From an uncultured Lachnospiraceae bacterium (GTDB lineage: Bacteria > Bacillota > Clostridia > Lachnospirales > Lachnospiraceae): 41,211 nucleotides of DNA. The notes beneath the pieces are model-generated. The model ran no database searches and had not been told where the DNA came from. It saw nothing but the letters and a program-made list of their open reading frames with translations. The stretch covers positions 1 to 41,211 of the forward strand of contig CAUCYJ010000001.1 in NCBI GenBank assembly GCA_958446945.1, written 5' to 3'. This document shows, one piece after another, positions 17,746-28,376 of the stretch. The translations under genes and the position numbers were made by a program. Every line of letters begins with the position of its first letter. Position 1 is the stretch's first letter.

Positions 17746-18384
17746 TTATTCTCCTTTCGTTTGAGCTTCCTGAAGCTCTGTTTTAATCTGTTCTATAAAA
17801 TTCTGATTTCGGAATGTCCTGCGATGCTCACTCTGAATAATCTGATGCATCTCTTCCACACAAATCTCCAACTTGTCATTAATTACGAGGTGATCATATT
17901 GATCCATGAACTGCGCTTCCTCTGCTGCACGTTTCATTCTCGCTTCAATGACGTCCATCGTCTCCGTTCCTCTGCCGATCAACCTTTCTTTTAGTGTATC
18001 AGCGTCCGGCGGTGTCACAAAGAGGAGTAATGTGTCAGGAAACTTCTCCTTAATCTTAAGTGCGCCCTGAATTTCAATTTCCAGAATCACATTTTTTCCG
18101 GCAGATAACTGTTCTTCCACATACGCCTTCGGTGTGCCATAGTAGTTATCCACGTACTTAGCATACTCTATCAGCTCATCTTTCGCAATCATTTTTTCAA
18201 ATTCTTCTTTTGTGCGGAAAAAATATTCCACGCCATTTTTCTCGCCTTCCCGCGGACTTCTTGTTGTGGCAGATACCGATAGCGCATAACGCTCACTATA
18301 GCGGTTCATCAACGCTTTCATCAGTGTTCCTTTCCCTGCGCCCGAAAAACCGGATACAACGATTAAGATTCCCTGTGTTTTCAT
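17746..18384 (-). CDS. gmk: Guanylate kinase
   Basis: SGFSGAGKGT, SATTRSPREGE, YYGTP. Confidence 0.96.
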   Translation of the reverse strand: MKTQGILIVVSGFSGAGKGTLMKALMNRYSERYALSVSATTRSPREGEKNGVEYFFRTKEEFEKMIAKDELIEYAKYVDNYYGTPKAYVEEQLSAGKNVILEIEIQGALKIKEKFPDTLLLFVTPPDADTLKERLIGRGTETMDVIEARMKRAAEEAQFMDQYDHLVINDKLEICVEEMHQIIQSEHRRTFRNQNFIEQIKTELQEAQTKGE

Positions 18385-18404
18385 CTGTTCACCTTCCAAA
18401 CTCT

Positions 18405-19283
18405 TTATTCAATATTTTGAATCTGTTCCCTGACTTTTTCAATCTCTGTCTTCAGATCAATGGCAATATTAGAAATTTCCAGATCATTTGCTTTAGACAG
18501 AATCGTATTTGCCTCTCGATTCATCTCCTGAGCAATAAAATCAAGCTTTCGCCCAATTCCTTCATCACTCTCCAATGTTTCTTTCATATGTACAATATGG
18601 CTCTTAAGGCGTACTACTTCTTCATCAGTACAGATCTTATCTGCAAAAATAACTACTTCCGCAGCAATCCTTCCCTCATCCATCTGAGTATCTTCCAGAA
18701 GTTCTTTTACTTTTTCCTCTAATTTTTCCCGATATTCAGAAACAATCTGTGGGGATCGCTCTTCAATCAATGTAATCTTCTCCAACATTCCATCCAACTT
18801 GCCAAGCAGATCTTCTTTCAGATGTGCCCCTTCTGCTGTTCTTGTCTCGACAAACTGTGTAAATGCTCCCTTTAATGCCTTCTCAAGACTACTCCAGAGT
18901 TCTTCTTCATTCTCTGTTTGCTCTTCCATCGTCAGCACTTCCGGATAACGTGATAACGTAGAAACACGAATATCATTCTCTAATCCAAATGTCTCTTCCA
19001 TCATCTTAAAACATTCCATATATTCTGCTGCAAGAGATTCATTATATTTCAAAACACCCTGTGTCTCTGTCATATCTTCATATGTAATGAAAATATCAAC
19101 TTTTCCACGCTGTGCATACTGCTTCAGCAGCGTCCTGATTGCAGATTCAAAAAAACTGAGTTTCTTCGGCATACGGATGTTGATATCTAAATATCTATGG
19201 TTTACACCCTTCATCTCTACCGTAAATTTGCGTTGTGCTTCAGAGACTTCAAATCTTCCAAAGCCTGTCATACTTTTTATCAT
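18405..19283 (-). CDS. yicC: YicC/YloC-family endoribonuclease
   Basis: MIKSMTGFG, VNHRYLD, GRKLDFIAQEMNREANT, EQIQNIE. Confidence 0.95.
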   Translation of the reverse strand: MIKSMTGFGRFEVSEAQRKFTVEMKGVNHRYLDINIRMPKKLSFFESAIRTLLKQYAQRGKVDIFITYEDMTETQGVLKYNESLAAEYMECFKMMEETFGLENDIRVSTLSRYPEVLTMEEQTENEEELWSSLEKALKGAFTQFVETRTAEGAHLKEDLLGKLDGMLEKITLIEERSPQIVSEYREKLEEKVKELLEDTQMDEGRIAAEVVIFADKICTDEEVVRLKSHIVHMKETLESDEGIGRKLDFIAQEMNREANTILSKANDLEISNIAIDLKTEIEKVREQIQNIE

Positions 19284-19339
19284 TGAAATTTCCTCTTTAA
19301 CTTCCTCATTCAGTATTTGACTATTTGGCACTAAATTTT

Positions 19340-19368
19340 ATTATAAAACATTTTAAAATAGCCGTCAA
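19340..19368 (-). promoter_or_regulatory. Sigma-A promoter of yicC-gmk-rpoZ
   Basis: Minus strand TTGACG-17 bp-TATAAT. Confidence 0.65.
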
Positions 19369-19387
19369 TTCCCTGCTCTTATGAATT

Positions 19388-20413
19388 TTATAAATCTGCT
19401 GAAGCATCCAGAAGAAATTCTGTAATCAGTTCGATACAGCCTTCCACATCTTTCTCATCTGCCACTTCTGCCGGCGAATGCATATAGCGAAGTGGAATTG
19501 ATACAAGAACTGTCGGGATTCCTTCATTGGCGAAATGAATCTGGTCAGCATCTGTACATGTCATTCCGGATCCCGTTTCAATCTGATAAGCAATGTCTGA
19601 TTTTTCAGCACATGTTTTCATCTTGGCATTCATTGATTTTACAATGAGAGGATTGATACAGAGAACCGGTCCCTTTCCAAGCTCAACACGTCCTGCATCC
19701 CCCTCGCGCACACCTGCATAATCACTTGTATAGGTAACATCTACTACAATAGCCGCATCCGGTTTTACACGTTCTGCTGTCCAGCGGGCGCCATTTTTTG
19801 TTGTTTCTTCTCCGACTGTTGCTCCTGCATACACACCGCAGCTGCATCCTCTTTCTTTTGCACGTTTCAGCGCTTCCATAATGATAAAGACTCCAAGACG
19901 GTCATCCAGAGCTCTTGCTGTAAATCTGCCGCCTGCAAGCTTTCTAATACAGGTATCAAACACAACTCCGTCTCCCGGCTCTACCAGTTTCTCTGCCTCT
20001 TCTCTGCAAGAAGCGCCGATATCCACAAGAAAATCAGAAGCTGACAGATCTTGTTTTTTCATCAGTTCTCTTGTAATCTGTACTACACCATAAACAACAC
20101 CGTTTGCTGTCTCAATCTGTACACGCTGCCCCGGATAAGTATGCGGAATAATTCCACCATATCTTGAAACATGAAGCATTCCATCTTCCGCAATATGTGT
20201 TACCATAAGCCCAATCTCATCTGCATGTGCCGCAAGAAGAATCTTCTTCTCTGCCTGCGGATTCAAAACACAAACAGTATCGCCAATAGCATCTGTACGA
20301 ATCTCATCCGCATAAGAAGCCATTTCTTTCTGCAGTACTTCCTGAAGCTTCTCCGGAAAACCTCCTACTGAAATCTGATTTAAAATGTCTGTCAAAAATT
20401 TTTCATTCTTCAT
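19388..20413 (-). CDS. M42-family metallo-aminopeptidase
   Basis: Metal ligands in AHADEIG, LDDRLG, GEET, VDVT, RYMHS. Confidence 0.9.
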   Translation of the reverse strand: MKNEKFLTDILNQISVGGFPEKLQEVLQKEMASYADEIRTDAIGDTVCVLNPQAEKKILLAAHADEIGLMVTHIAEDGMLHVSRYGGIIPHTYPGQRVQIETANGVVYGVVQITRELMKKQDLSASDFLVDIGASCREEAEKLVEPGDGVVFDTCIRKLAGGRFTARALDDRLGVFIIMEALKRAKERGCSCGVYAGATVGEETTKNGARWTAERVKPDAAIVVDVTYTSDYAGVREGDAGRVELGKGPVLCINPLIVKSMNAKMKTCAEKSDIAYQIETGSGMTCTDADQIHFANEGIPTVLVSIPLRYMHSPAEVADEKDVEGCIELITEFLLDASADL

Positions 20414-20450
20414 GATATTGTCTTCCTTCTCCTGATTATTTTTTCATCAT

Positions 20451-21698
20451 TTATTCATAAATCGGATATCTTTCACAGATATGTCCAACACGTTCGCGAA
20501 TTTCATCCGCCTTCGTTTCAAATTCTGTTGCTGCAAGTTTGATACAGTGTGCAATCTCCGGCATATCCTGTTCTTTCAGCCCTCTCGTAGTAATCGCAGG
20601 CGTTCCGATTCTCACACCGCTTGTCACGAACGGGCTCTCCGGATCATCCGGAACTGCATTTTTATTGACGGTAATATATACTTCATCCAAACGGTTCTGA
20701 AGTTCTTTTCCTGTAATATGCATATTTCTCAAATCTACAAGCATCAAATGATTATCCGTTCCACCGCTGACAAGCTCAAATCCTTCCTGCATCAGTGCAT
20801 CTGCTAATGCTTTTGCATTTTTTACTACCTGCTGCTGATATTCCTTAAATTCCGGTTTCAATGCTTCTCCAAAGCAAACAGCCTTTGCACCGATTACATG
20901 CATCAGCGGTCCTCCCTGTGTTCCCGGAAAGATTGCCTTATTAATTGCTTTCGCATATTGTTCTTTGCATAAAATCATACCGCCTCGTGGTCCGCGCAGC
21001 GTCTTATGAGTTGTAGTCGTAACTACATCTGCATACGGAACCGGACTCTGATGCAGCCCGGCTGCTACAAGTCCTGCTATATGCGCCATATCTACAAAGA
21101 GATATGCTCCGACTTCTTTTGCAATTTCAGCAAACAAATCAAACCGGATTTCTCTCGGATAGGCAGATGCTCCCGCAACAATCATCTTCGGCTGACACTC
21201 TTTCGCAATCTTGCGAATCTCTTCATAATCAAGTACGCCTTCCCGATTCACTCCGTACGGTACAAAATGATACAGCAGTCCTGATGCATTGACCGGTGAA
21301 CCATGTGTCAGATGTCCTCCATGCTCCAGATTCAATCCCATTACCGTATCTCCCGGCTTAAGAAATGCCTGATACACTGCCAGATTGGCATTTGCTCCGC
21401 TGTGCGGCTGAACACATGCATGCTCTGCACCAAAAAGCTTCTTTGCTCTTTCAATTGCCAGATCTTCAAGTACATCAATTTCTTCACAACCGCCGTAATA
21501 ACGCTTTGCCGGGTAACCTTCCGCATATTTATTTGTCGGAACTGTTCCCATCGCAAGCATAACCGCCGGAGACACAATATTTTCTGATGCAATCAGTTCC
21601 AGATTTCTCCGTTCTCTTTTCATTTCCTGAAACAATGCTTCTCCTACTTCCGGATCATGTTCTTTCACATAATTCATAACTTCTGTAATTAAATTCAT
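20451..21698 (-). CDS. glyA: Serine hydroxymethyltransferase
   Basis: [24 protein letters not shown]-Lys in [14 protein letters not shown]. Confidence 0.97.
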   Translation of the reverse strand: MNLITEVMNYVKEHDPEVGEALFQEMKRERRNLELIASENIVSPAVMLAMGTVPTNKYAEGYPAKRYYGGCEEIDVLEDLAIERAKKLFGAEHACVQPHSGANANLAVYQAFLKPGDTVMGLNLEHGGHLTHGSPVNASGLLYHFVPYGVNREGVLDYEEIRKIAKECQPKMIVAGASAYPREIRFDLFAEIAKEVGAYLFVDMAHIAGLVAAGLHQSPVPYADVVTTTTHKTLRGPRGGMILCKEQYAKAINKAIFPGTQGGPLMHVIGAKAVCFGEALKPEFKEYQQQVVKNAKALADALMQEGFELVSGGTDNHLMLVDLRNMHITGKELQNRLDEVYITVNKNAVPDDPESPFVTSGVRIGTPAITTRGLKEQDMPEIAHCIKLAATEFETKADEIRERVGHICERYPIYE

Positions 21699-21888
21699 CG
21701 CCGTTCCTCCTTCTGTGTCAATTAAGCATATCATAATATTTATCTTACCATATCCAGGTCATTTTTGAAATACACCGAGTAAAAGAATTCCATTCTTTTC
21801 CCCTGGATTCTTCTGAATTTCCTCTTGAAAATCAAATACAAATACGTCACAATAGAAACATCAAACTAATAAGAAAAGAGGAATAATT

Positions 21889-23622
21889 ATGGCATTTGAT
21901 GGAATTACCGTTGCAAACCTTGTTCAAGAATTAAATGTATCATTAAACGGTGGCCGTATTTATAAAATCGCACAACCCGAAAGCGACGAATTGTTACTCA
22001 CAATTAAAACTCCAGCCGGACAAAAGCGTCTTCTCATCTCTGCAAGCGCTTCTCTTCCGCTTATCTATTTGACAGCAGATAACAAGCCGAGCCCAATGAA
22101 CGCACCGAACTTCTGTATGCTTCTAAGAAAACATATCAGTAATGGTCGGATCATTTCAATCTCACAGCCAAAACTTGAGCGAATTATTTCTATTGAAATC
22201 GAGCATCTGGATGAACTGGGCGATCTTTGCCGCAAATATCTTATTGTAGAAATCATGGGCAAACACAGCAATATCATTTTCTGTGATATGAATCAAAGAA
22301 TCATTGACAGTATTAAACACGTTTCTTCTCAGATGAGTTCTGTTCGCGAAGTGCTTCCCGGACGCACTTATTTTATCCCGGATACGATGGAAAAATTAGA
22401 CCCTCTGACAGTTTCAGAAGCAATATTCTCTGAGCACCTCATCAGTAAACCGATGGCGCTCTCAAAAGCAATCTATACCAGTTTTACCGGAATCAGCCCT
22501 GTTGCTGCAGAGGAAATCTGTTACCTCTCCGGACTGGATTCATCTATTCCTGCTTCCGAATTATCTAGTGATCTAATGCTTCATTTGTATAAACAATTCC
22601 GGATTTATTTTGATCAGGTAACAGAGGGTGCTTTTAAACCATGTATTTATACTGACGGAAAAGAACCGAAAGAGTTTTCTTCTCTGCCGCTGACACATTT
22701 TGCTGACCTTCAGACAATTCCATATGACTCCGTTTCCGCACTACTTCAAGATTATTATTCCATGAAGAATACACTTACCCGGATCCGCCAAAAATCCGCT
22801 GATCTGCGTCATGTTGTACAGACTTCTCTTGAACGCAACCGCAAGAAATATGATCTCCAGTCAAAGCAGCTGCAAGACACAGAGGGGCGTGACAAATTCA
22901 AAGTCTATGGGGAATTGATCCATACTTACGGTTATCATCTTCCGGAAGGTTCCAAAAAACTGGAAGCACTCAACTATTATACAAATGAAATGGTAACCAT
23001 TCCTCTGGATGCTGCAAAAACACCGCAGGAAAATGCACAGCGCTATTTTGAAAAATACAATAAACAGAAACGTACTTTTGAAGCGCTTTCCACGCTGATC
23101 CAGGAAACACAGGATGAGATTACTTATCTGGAATCTATCAGCAATGCCCTTGATATTGCGCTCGAAGAAGACGATCTCATTCAGATCAAAGAAGAATTAA
23201 TGGAAACCGGCTATGTGAAACGAAAATTTTCCAAAAAGAAAGTCAAGATTACAAGCAAACCTTTTCACTATATCTCTTCTGACGGATATGATATTTTTGT
23301 AGGAAAAAACAATTATCAGAATGAAGAACTTACGTTCCAGGTGGCTACCGGAAATGATTGGTGGTTTCATGCAAAAGGCTGCCCCGGATCTCATGTCATT
23401 GTAAAAGCCAATAACGAAGAACTTCCGGATCGTACTTTTGAAGAAGCCGGTCGCCTGGCCGCATTTTATTCCAAAAATCGCGGAAATGACAAAGTCGAAA
23501 TTGATTATATTCAAAAAAAGCATATCAAAAAAGTAAAAAGCGCCAAGCCGGGATTTGTTATTTATCATACAAATTATTCTCTCGTTATTGACTCTGACAT
23601 TTCCGGCATCCGGCAAATATAA
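21889..23622 (+). CDS. rqcH: Ribosome quality-control NFACT protein (FbpA/PavA family)
   Basis: MAFDG start, FCMLLRKH, EIMGKHSN, VGKNNYQNE, WFHAKGCPGSHV. Confidence 0.93.
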   Translation: MAFDGITVANLVQELNVSLNGGRIYKIAQPESDELLLTIKTPAGQKRLLISASASLPLIYLTADNKPSPMNAPNFCMLLRKHISNGRIISISQPKLERIISIEIEHLDELGDLCRKYLIVEIMGKHSNIIFCDMNQRIIDSIKHVSSQMSSVREVLPGRTYFIPDTMEKLDPLTVSEAIFSEHLISKPMALSKAIYTSFTGISPVAAEEICYLSGLDSSIPASELSSDLMLHLYKQFRIYFDQVTEGAFKPCIYTDGKEPKEFSSLPLTHFADLQTIPYDSVSALLQDYYSMKNTLTRIRQKSADLRHVVQTSLERNRKKYDLQSKQLQDTEGRDKFKVYGELIHTYGYHLPEGSKKLEALNYYTNEMVTIPLDAAKTPQENAQRYFEKYNKQKRTFEALSTLIQETQDEITYLESISNALDIALEEDDLIQIKEELMETGYVKRKFSKKKVKITSKPFHYISSDGYDIFVGKNNYQNEELTFQVATGNDWWFHAKGCPGSHVIVKANNEELPDRTFEEAGRLAAFYSKNRGNDKVEIDYIQKKHIKKVKSAKPGFVIYHTNYSLVIDSDISGIRQI

Positions 23623-23642
23623 CCCTATAAAGGAGGATACGA

Positions 23643-24170
23643 ATGATTTACTGGGAAAATACAGAATTGCAAATACGCTCCATGATAAAAGAAGATATTC
23701 CTTCTTTCACAGAAGCCTTTCTTGAGATGGGTTGGACTCCCAAACCGGAAATCCACGAACGCTACCTCAAAGAACAGGCTGAAGGAAAACGTTATATCTT
23801 TGTCGCACAATACAAGGGACAGACAGCCGGTTATGCGACTTTGCTTCCACTTGCCTGTGACGGTCCTTACAAAGAATGTTATCCGGAAGTTGTGGATTTT
23901 AATGTCTGGGAGAAATTCCGCCGTCATGGAATTGGAAATCATATTCTCGATGCAGCCGAAAACTTCGCCGCTTCTTTCAGCGATCACATCTGTCTTGGTG
24001 TCGGTCTCTATTCCGGCTATGGAAGTGCTCAGCGCATGTATGTAAAACGAGGATACATTCCCGACGGCAGCGGAATCTGGTGGAACCAAAAACCATTGCC
24101 GCCGTATGCTGACTGCTGCAATGACGATGACCTTGTGCTATTTCTTGCAAAAGAGCTAAGGAGAGCGTAA
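23643..24170 (+). CDS. GNAT-family N-acetyltransferase
   Basis: PEVVDFNV...FRRHGIG, GYGSAQRMYVKRGY; RBS AAGGAGG. Confidence 0.88.
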   Translation: MIYWENTELQIRSMIKEDIPSFTEAFLEMGWTPKPEIHERYLKEQAEGKRYIFVAQYKGQTAGYATLLPLACDGPYKECYPEVVDFNVWEKFRRHGIGNHILDAAENFAASFSDHICLGVGLYSGYGSAQRMYVKRGYIPDGSGIWWNQKPLPPYADCCNDDDLVLFLAKELRRA

Positions 24171-24176
24171 ACTCTT

Positions 24177-25463
24177 TTATCTGCTTCCTTTTAAATGATC
24201 TATGAACTGCTGCGCGGTGCGGCCGGACAGCCCGCCGTGTGTCAGTTCCCAGCGATTCGCTTCTAAAAGCAGTTGCTCCTGTGGAAGTTCTATTCCATTT
24301 CTTTTGGCAAGTTCACATACAATCTGCTGAAATTCCTTCTTTGCCGGAGAATCAAAGAAAATCGTCTCACCAAACCGAGCCACAAGGGATAATTTTTCCT
24401 GCACCGTATCATTTGCATGAATATCACTGTCATATTCCTCCCTGTCGCGGAACGATTCCCGGATCAAATGCCTCCGGTTAGATGTGGCATAAATCAGGAC
24501 ATTTTCCGGCTTCTTTTCCAGTCCGCCCTCTATCACCGCTTTTAAATATTTATATTCAATCTCAAATTCCTCAAATGACAGATCATCCATATAAATAATA
24601 AATCGATAATTTCTATTTTTAATCTGTTGGATGACCTCATGCAGATCCCGAAACTGATGTTTGTATACTTCGATCATCCGAAGCCCCTGATCATAATAGC
24701 GGTTTAAAATCGCCTTAATTGCAGAAGACTTTCCTGTACCGGCAGCACCGAACAGCAGACAGTTATTGGCACTTTTCCCCTCTACAAATGCTTCTGTATT
24801 CTGAATCAATTTCTTCTTAGCGGTTTCATACCCGATCAAATCATCTAACTCCACATGGGCAGTCTTTGTGATTGGAATAATCTGAATCCGATCCTCTGCA
24901 CGTTCTATACGAAACGCCTTATGAAGACCAAATTTTCCCACACCATATTCCTTATAAAACTCAGTAACCGCATCTTGAAATTCTTGCAGATTCTTCGCAT
25001 CTGCAAGTTCTTTTGTCAAATGCTCAATCCGATCACGAATTCTTCTGTTAAATGCTGTACCGTGACGATTTCCCACATGATATTGCTGAATCATATTCAA
25101 GACGACTCCTTCCGAATCTTTGCACAGACAACTCAGATCAAGAGCAAACAATTCCCGGAAAATTTCAAAATCATGGGCAGCCACTTCGCCAAGCGTACCT
25201 TCTGCGACTCCTGAAATCTCACATGCCATACTGTACGGATTCTCATGGCTGGTGAGCAGGATAGTCAAATACGCCTGCCAAAGATTCCCTTTCAGCCCAT
25301 ACTGATCTGCCAAAACAAGAAGTTGATTCAGGGTCTCAAAAAAACATCTTTTTTCTTCTTCCGCATCTGCTGTTTTTTCGCAATGCTCTGCTAGATATTC
25401 GATTTTACGCATAATTTGTTCCTGCGGCATATTCCGGTATAATAATAGTTCATCACTTCTCAT
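24177..25463 (-). CDS. DUF815-family AAA+ ATPase
   Basis: Walker A GAAGTGKSS, Walker B IIYMDDLSF, YATSNRRHL, SGRTAQQF; start probably at MRSDELL (RBS AAAGGA). Confidence 0.88.
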   Translation of the reverse strand: MRSDELLLYRNMPQEQIMRKIEYLAEHCEKTADAEEEKRCFFETLNQLLVLADQYGLKGNLWQAYLTILLTSHENPYSMACEISGVAEGTLGEVAAHDFEIFRELFALDLSCLCKDSEGVVLNMIQQYHVGNRHGTAFNRRIRDRIEHLTKELADAKNLQEFQDAVTEFYKEYGVGKFGLHKAFRIERAEDRIQIIPITKTAHVELDDLIGYETAKKKLIQNTEAFVEGKSANNCLLFGAAGTGKSSAIKAILNRYYDQGLRMIEVYKHQFRDLHEVIQQIKNRNYRFIIYMDDLSFEEFEIEYKYLKAVIEGGLEKKPENVLIYATSNRRHLIRESFRDREEYDSDIHANDTVQEKLSLVARFGETIFFDSPAKKEFQQIVCELAKRNGIELPQEQLLLEANRWELTHGGLSGRTAQQFIDHLKGSR

Positions 25464-25482
25464 CTTTTTCACATCCTTTTTC

Positions 25483-26628
25483 TCATCTGACTGCTTCTGC
25501 ATAATTTCCAAGAATTTTCAAAGTTCTTGTCTCCTCCCGAAGTCCTCTAATTGCATTTTTCACCGCACTGTCTGCCAGATTTCCTTCAAAATCAATGAAG
25601 AACCGATATTCCCACGTCTTTCCCTCCACCGGTCTGGATTCAATTTTTGTCATATTCAGATCATTGTAAATGAAATGCGACAAAATATGATACAGCGAAC
25701 CACTCTCATGCGGTACTTCAAAGCAGATGCTGATCTTATCCGCATCCGGCAGGAAAATTTTCTGATTTGTAATCACAATAAAACGGGTGGAATTATTATC
25801 TTCATCATTTACATGCTCTTTCAGTATTTCCAGTCCATGCACCTTAGCTGCATAGGCGCTGCAGATAGCAGCCTTATGAATATCCTGTTCATTCAGAACA
25901 CGCTCTGCCGCAATCGCCGTATTCGCCACACTAATCTGCTGCCAGTTTCTGTGTTCATCCAGGAAATGCTCACACTGCATCAACCCCTGCGGATGGGAAT
26001 ACACTGCTTCAATCGTCTCCAGATCAGTTCCTTTTATGCCAGATAACGTATGTTCAATCGGAAGCACAACTTCTCCCACAATATAATTCTCATATGCCAC
26101 AAGAAGATCATTTACTTCATTTACTCCGCCAGCAGAAGAATTCTCAATCGGAAGCACTGCAAAATCTGCTGTTCCTTCCTCCATAGCTTCCATTGCTTCC
26201 CGGAATGTTCTTACATGAAAACTGTTGATATCTTCACCAAAATATTTCTGCATTGCTGCTTGTGTATATGCCCCTTCTGTTCCCGGAAATACAATTCTGG
26301 CGCCTTTCGTATCAAGTTCTTCTACACGAATAAACGGCAGACGACCGGAAGTTCCCTTCCTTGCAATCTCCTGATACTGAAGTTTTCTGCTCATTGCCAT
26401 CAACTGTTCAAATAACTCTTTAATTCCTTTTCGGTTAAATGCATTGGAAGCCAGTTCAGAAACAGCTGCCAATTTCTGATTCTCCCGCTCCTTATCAAAT
26501 ACTTTCTTCCCTGTTGCAATTTTATATTCTGCAACTTCTTTGCAGAGCTGCATTCGCTTCTCATACAGCGCTACAATCTCGCTGTCAATTTCATCCAGAT
26601 TCTTTCTAATCTCTTCCAGTGATATCAT
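25483..26628 (-). CDS. pheA: Bifunctional chorismate mutase / prephenate dehydratase
   Basis: N-terminal AroQ domain (IRKNLDEID), PIENS, TRF motif, ACT domain with IESRP. Confidence 0.93.
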   Translation of the reverse strand: MISLEEIRKNLDEIDSEIVALYEKRMQLCKEVAEYKIATGKKVFDKERENQKLAAVSELASNAFNRKGIKELFEQLMAMSRKLQYQEIARKGTSGRLPFIRVEELDTKGARIVFPGTEGAYTQAAMQKYFGEDINSFHVRTFREAMEAMEEGTADFAVLPIENSSAGGVNEVNDLLVAYENYIVGEVVLPIEHTLSGIKGTDLETIEAVYSHPQGLMQCEHFLDEHRNWQQISVANTAIAAERVLNEQDIHKAAICSAYAAKVHGLEILKEHVNDEDNNSTRFIVITNQKIFLPDADKISICFEVPHESGSLYHILSHFIYNDLNMTKIESRPVEGKTWEYRFFIDFEGNLADSAVKNAIRGLREETRTLKILGNYAEAVR

Positions 26629-26863
26629 GTTCTTACCCCCTGATATTATTCTATCTTTTTATTGTAACAGCCAAACGCTGCATTCGCCATAACAAAAATT
26701 ATCTTCTTACTGATTTTTCTGTTGAAATCTTAGCACTTTTATTATAAGATAGATAGAGATTTCTCTGACATTCTATTAATTCAGAACTATTCAGAAATAT
26801 CTCATCGTTTCAATTATACTATCGTATAGATCATCACAATTTACAAATTAAGAGGAGGTTTCT

Positions 26864-27784
26864 ATGAGACATTTAATGAGTCCTTTGGACTTCTCAGTAG
26901 AGGAACTGGATCAACTTCTGGACCTCGCAAATGATATTGAACAGCATCCGGCAAAATATGCTCATGCATGTGACGGAAAGATTATGGCAACATTATTCTA
27001 TGAACCAAGTACTCGTACAAGATTAAGCCACGAAGCTGCCATGTTACGGCTTGGCGGAAGCGTACTCGGCTTTTCTTCTGCCGACTCCAGTTCTGCAGCA
27101 AAAGGAGAAAGCGTTTCCGATACGATCCGCACTGTATCCTGTTATGCCGATATCGCTGCCATGCGTCATCCAAAAGAAGGTGCTCCAATGGTTGCATGCC
27201 GTCACTCTTCTATTCCGGTAATCAATGCAGGAGATGGAGGACATCAGCACCCGACTCAGACACTTACAGACCTGTTAACAATCCGTTCTACAAAAGGACG
27301 GCTGAACAACCTCAAAATCGGACTTTGCGGTGATTTAAAATTCGGGCGTACCGTACATTCTCTTATCCATGCCCTTGTTCGCTACGAAGGCATCAGTTTC
27401 GTACTGATTTCTCCTGAAGAATTAAGACTTCCAAGCTATATCCGCGAAGACGTTCTCGACAAGAATCATATCCCGTATGAGGAAGTCGTACGTCTGGAAG
27501 ATGCTATGCCTTCTCTCGATATTTTATATATGACTCGCGTACAGAAAGAACGTTTCTTCAATGAAGAAGACTATGTACGCATGAAAGATTTTTATATTCT
27601 GGATAAAAAGAAAATGGAACTCGCAAAAGAAGATATGTTCGTTCTTCATCCACTTCCGCGTGTCAACGAAATTTCCACAGAAGTAGATGATGATCCAAGA
27701 GCCGCATATTTCCGTCAGGTACAATACGGTGTTTATGTGCGAATGGCACTGATTCTTACGTTACTCAATATTAAAGTTTCCTAG
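26864..27784 (+). CDS. pyrB: Aspartate carbamoyltransferase catalytic subunit
   Basis: [17 protein letters not shown]. Confidence 0.96.
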   Translation: MRHLMSPLDFSVEELDQLLDLANDIEQHPAKYAHACDGKIMATLFYEPSTRTRLSHEAAMLRLGGSVLGFSSADSSSAAKGESVSDTIRTVSCYADIAAMRHPKEGAPMVACRHSSIPVINAGDGGHQHPTQTLTDLLTIRSTKGRLNNLKIGLCGDLKFGRTVHSLIHALVRYEGISFVLISPEELRLPSYIREDVLDKNHIPYEEVVRLEDAMPSLDILYMTRVQKERFFNEEDYVRMKDFYILDKKKMELAKEDMFVLHPLPRVNEISTEVDDDPRAAYFRQVQYGVYVRMALILTLLNIKVS

Positions 27785-27796
27785 GAGGGCTGATTC

Positions 27797-28252
27797 ATGG
27801 CTACAAACAGTACATTAAATGTCAGCGGCATCTCAGAAGGTGTCGTACTTGACCATATCCAGGCTGGAAAATGCATGGATATTTATAAATATCTGAACCT
27901 TGATAAACTCGACTGCACTGTTGCAATCATCAAAAATGCAAAGAGCAATAAAATGGGTAAAAAAGATATTATTAAAATCGAATGCCCAATCGACTATATC
28001 GATTTAGACGTTCTTGGCTTCATTGATCACAATATCACAATTAATATCATCCAGAATGATCGGATTATCGAGAAAAAACGGCTCCATCTGCCAAAAGAAA
28101 TCAAAAACGTTATCCGCTGTAAAAATCCTCGCTGTATCACATCCATCGAACAAGAATTAGATCATATTTTCATTCTTACCGATGAAGAAAAAGAAATTTA
28201 CAGATGTAAATACTGTGAAGAAAAATATGTAGGACATCTGAGAAAAAAATAG
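27797..28252 (+). CDS. pyrI: Aspartate carbamoyltransferase regulatory subunit
   Basis: GVVLDHI, Zn ligands CKNPRCIT...YRCKYC. Confidence 0.94.
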   Translation: MATNSTLNVSGISEGVVLDHIQAGKCMDIYKYLNLDKLDCTVAIIKNAKSNKMGKKDIIKIECPIDYIDLDVLGFIDHNITINIIQNDRIIEKKRLHLPKEIKNVIRCKNPRCITSIEQELDHIFILTDEEKEIYRCKYCEEKYVGHLRKK

Positions 28253-28290
28253 AACAAAATTAATTAAGATCGTATGATATACAAAATATC

Positions 28291-28327
28291 TGCCCCGGAC
28301 AGTTTCACAGACTGCCGGGGCATTTTT
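28291..28327 (+). terminator. Intrinsic terminator after pyrI
   Basis: TGCCCCGG...CCGGGGCA stem followed by TTTTT. Confidence 0.8.
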
Positions 28328-28376
28328 ATTACAATTCCTCTTCTCTCTTTTCTTTCGGAACGTTCTGACATTCTCT

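Noticed and set aside
21699..21888. ZTP or glycine riboswitch upstream of glyA
   Set aside because: The leader is short (promoter-like TAAGAT about 45 bp from the start) and no aptamer consensus is visible.
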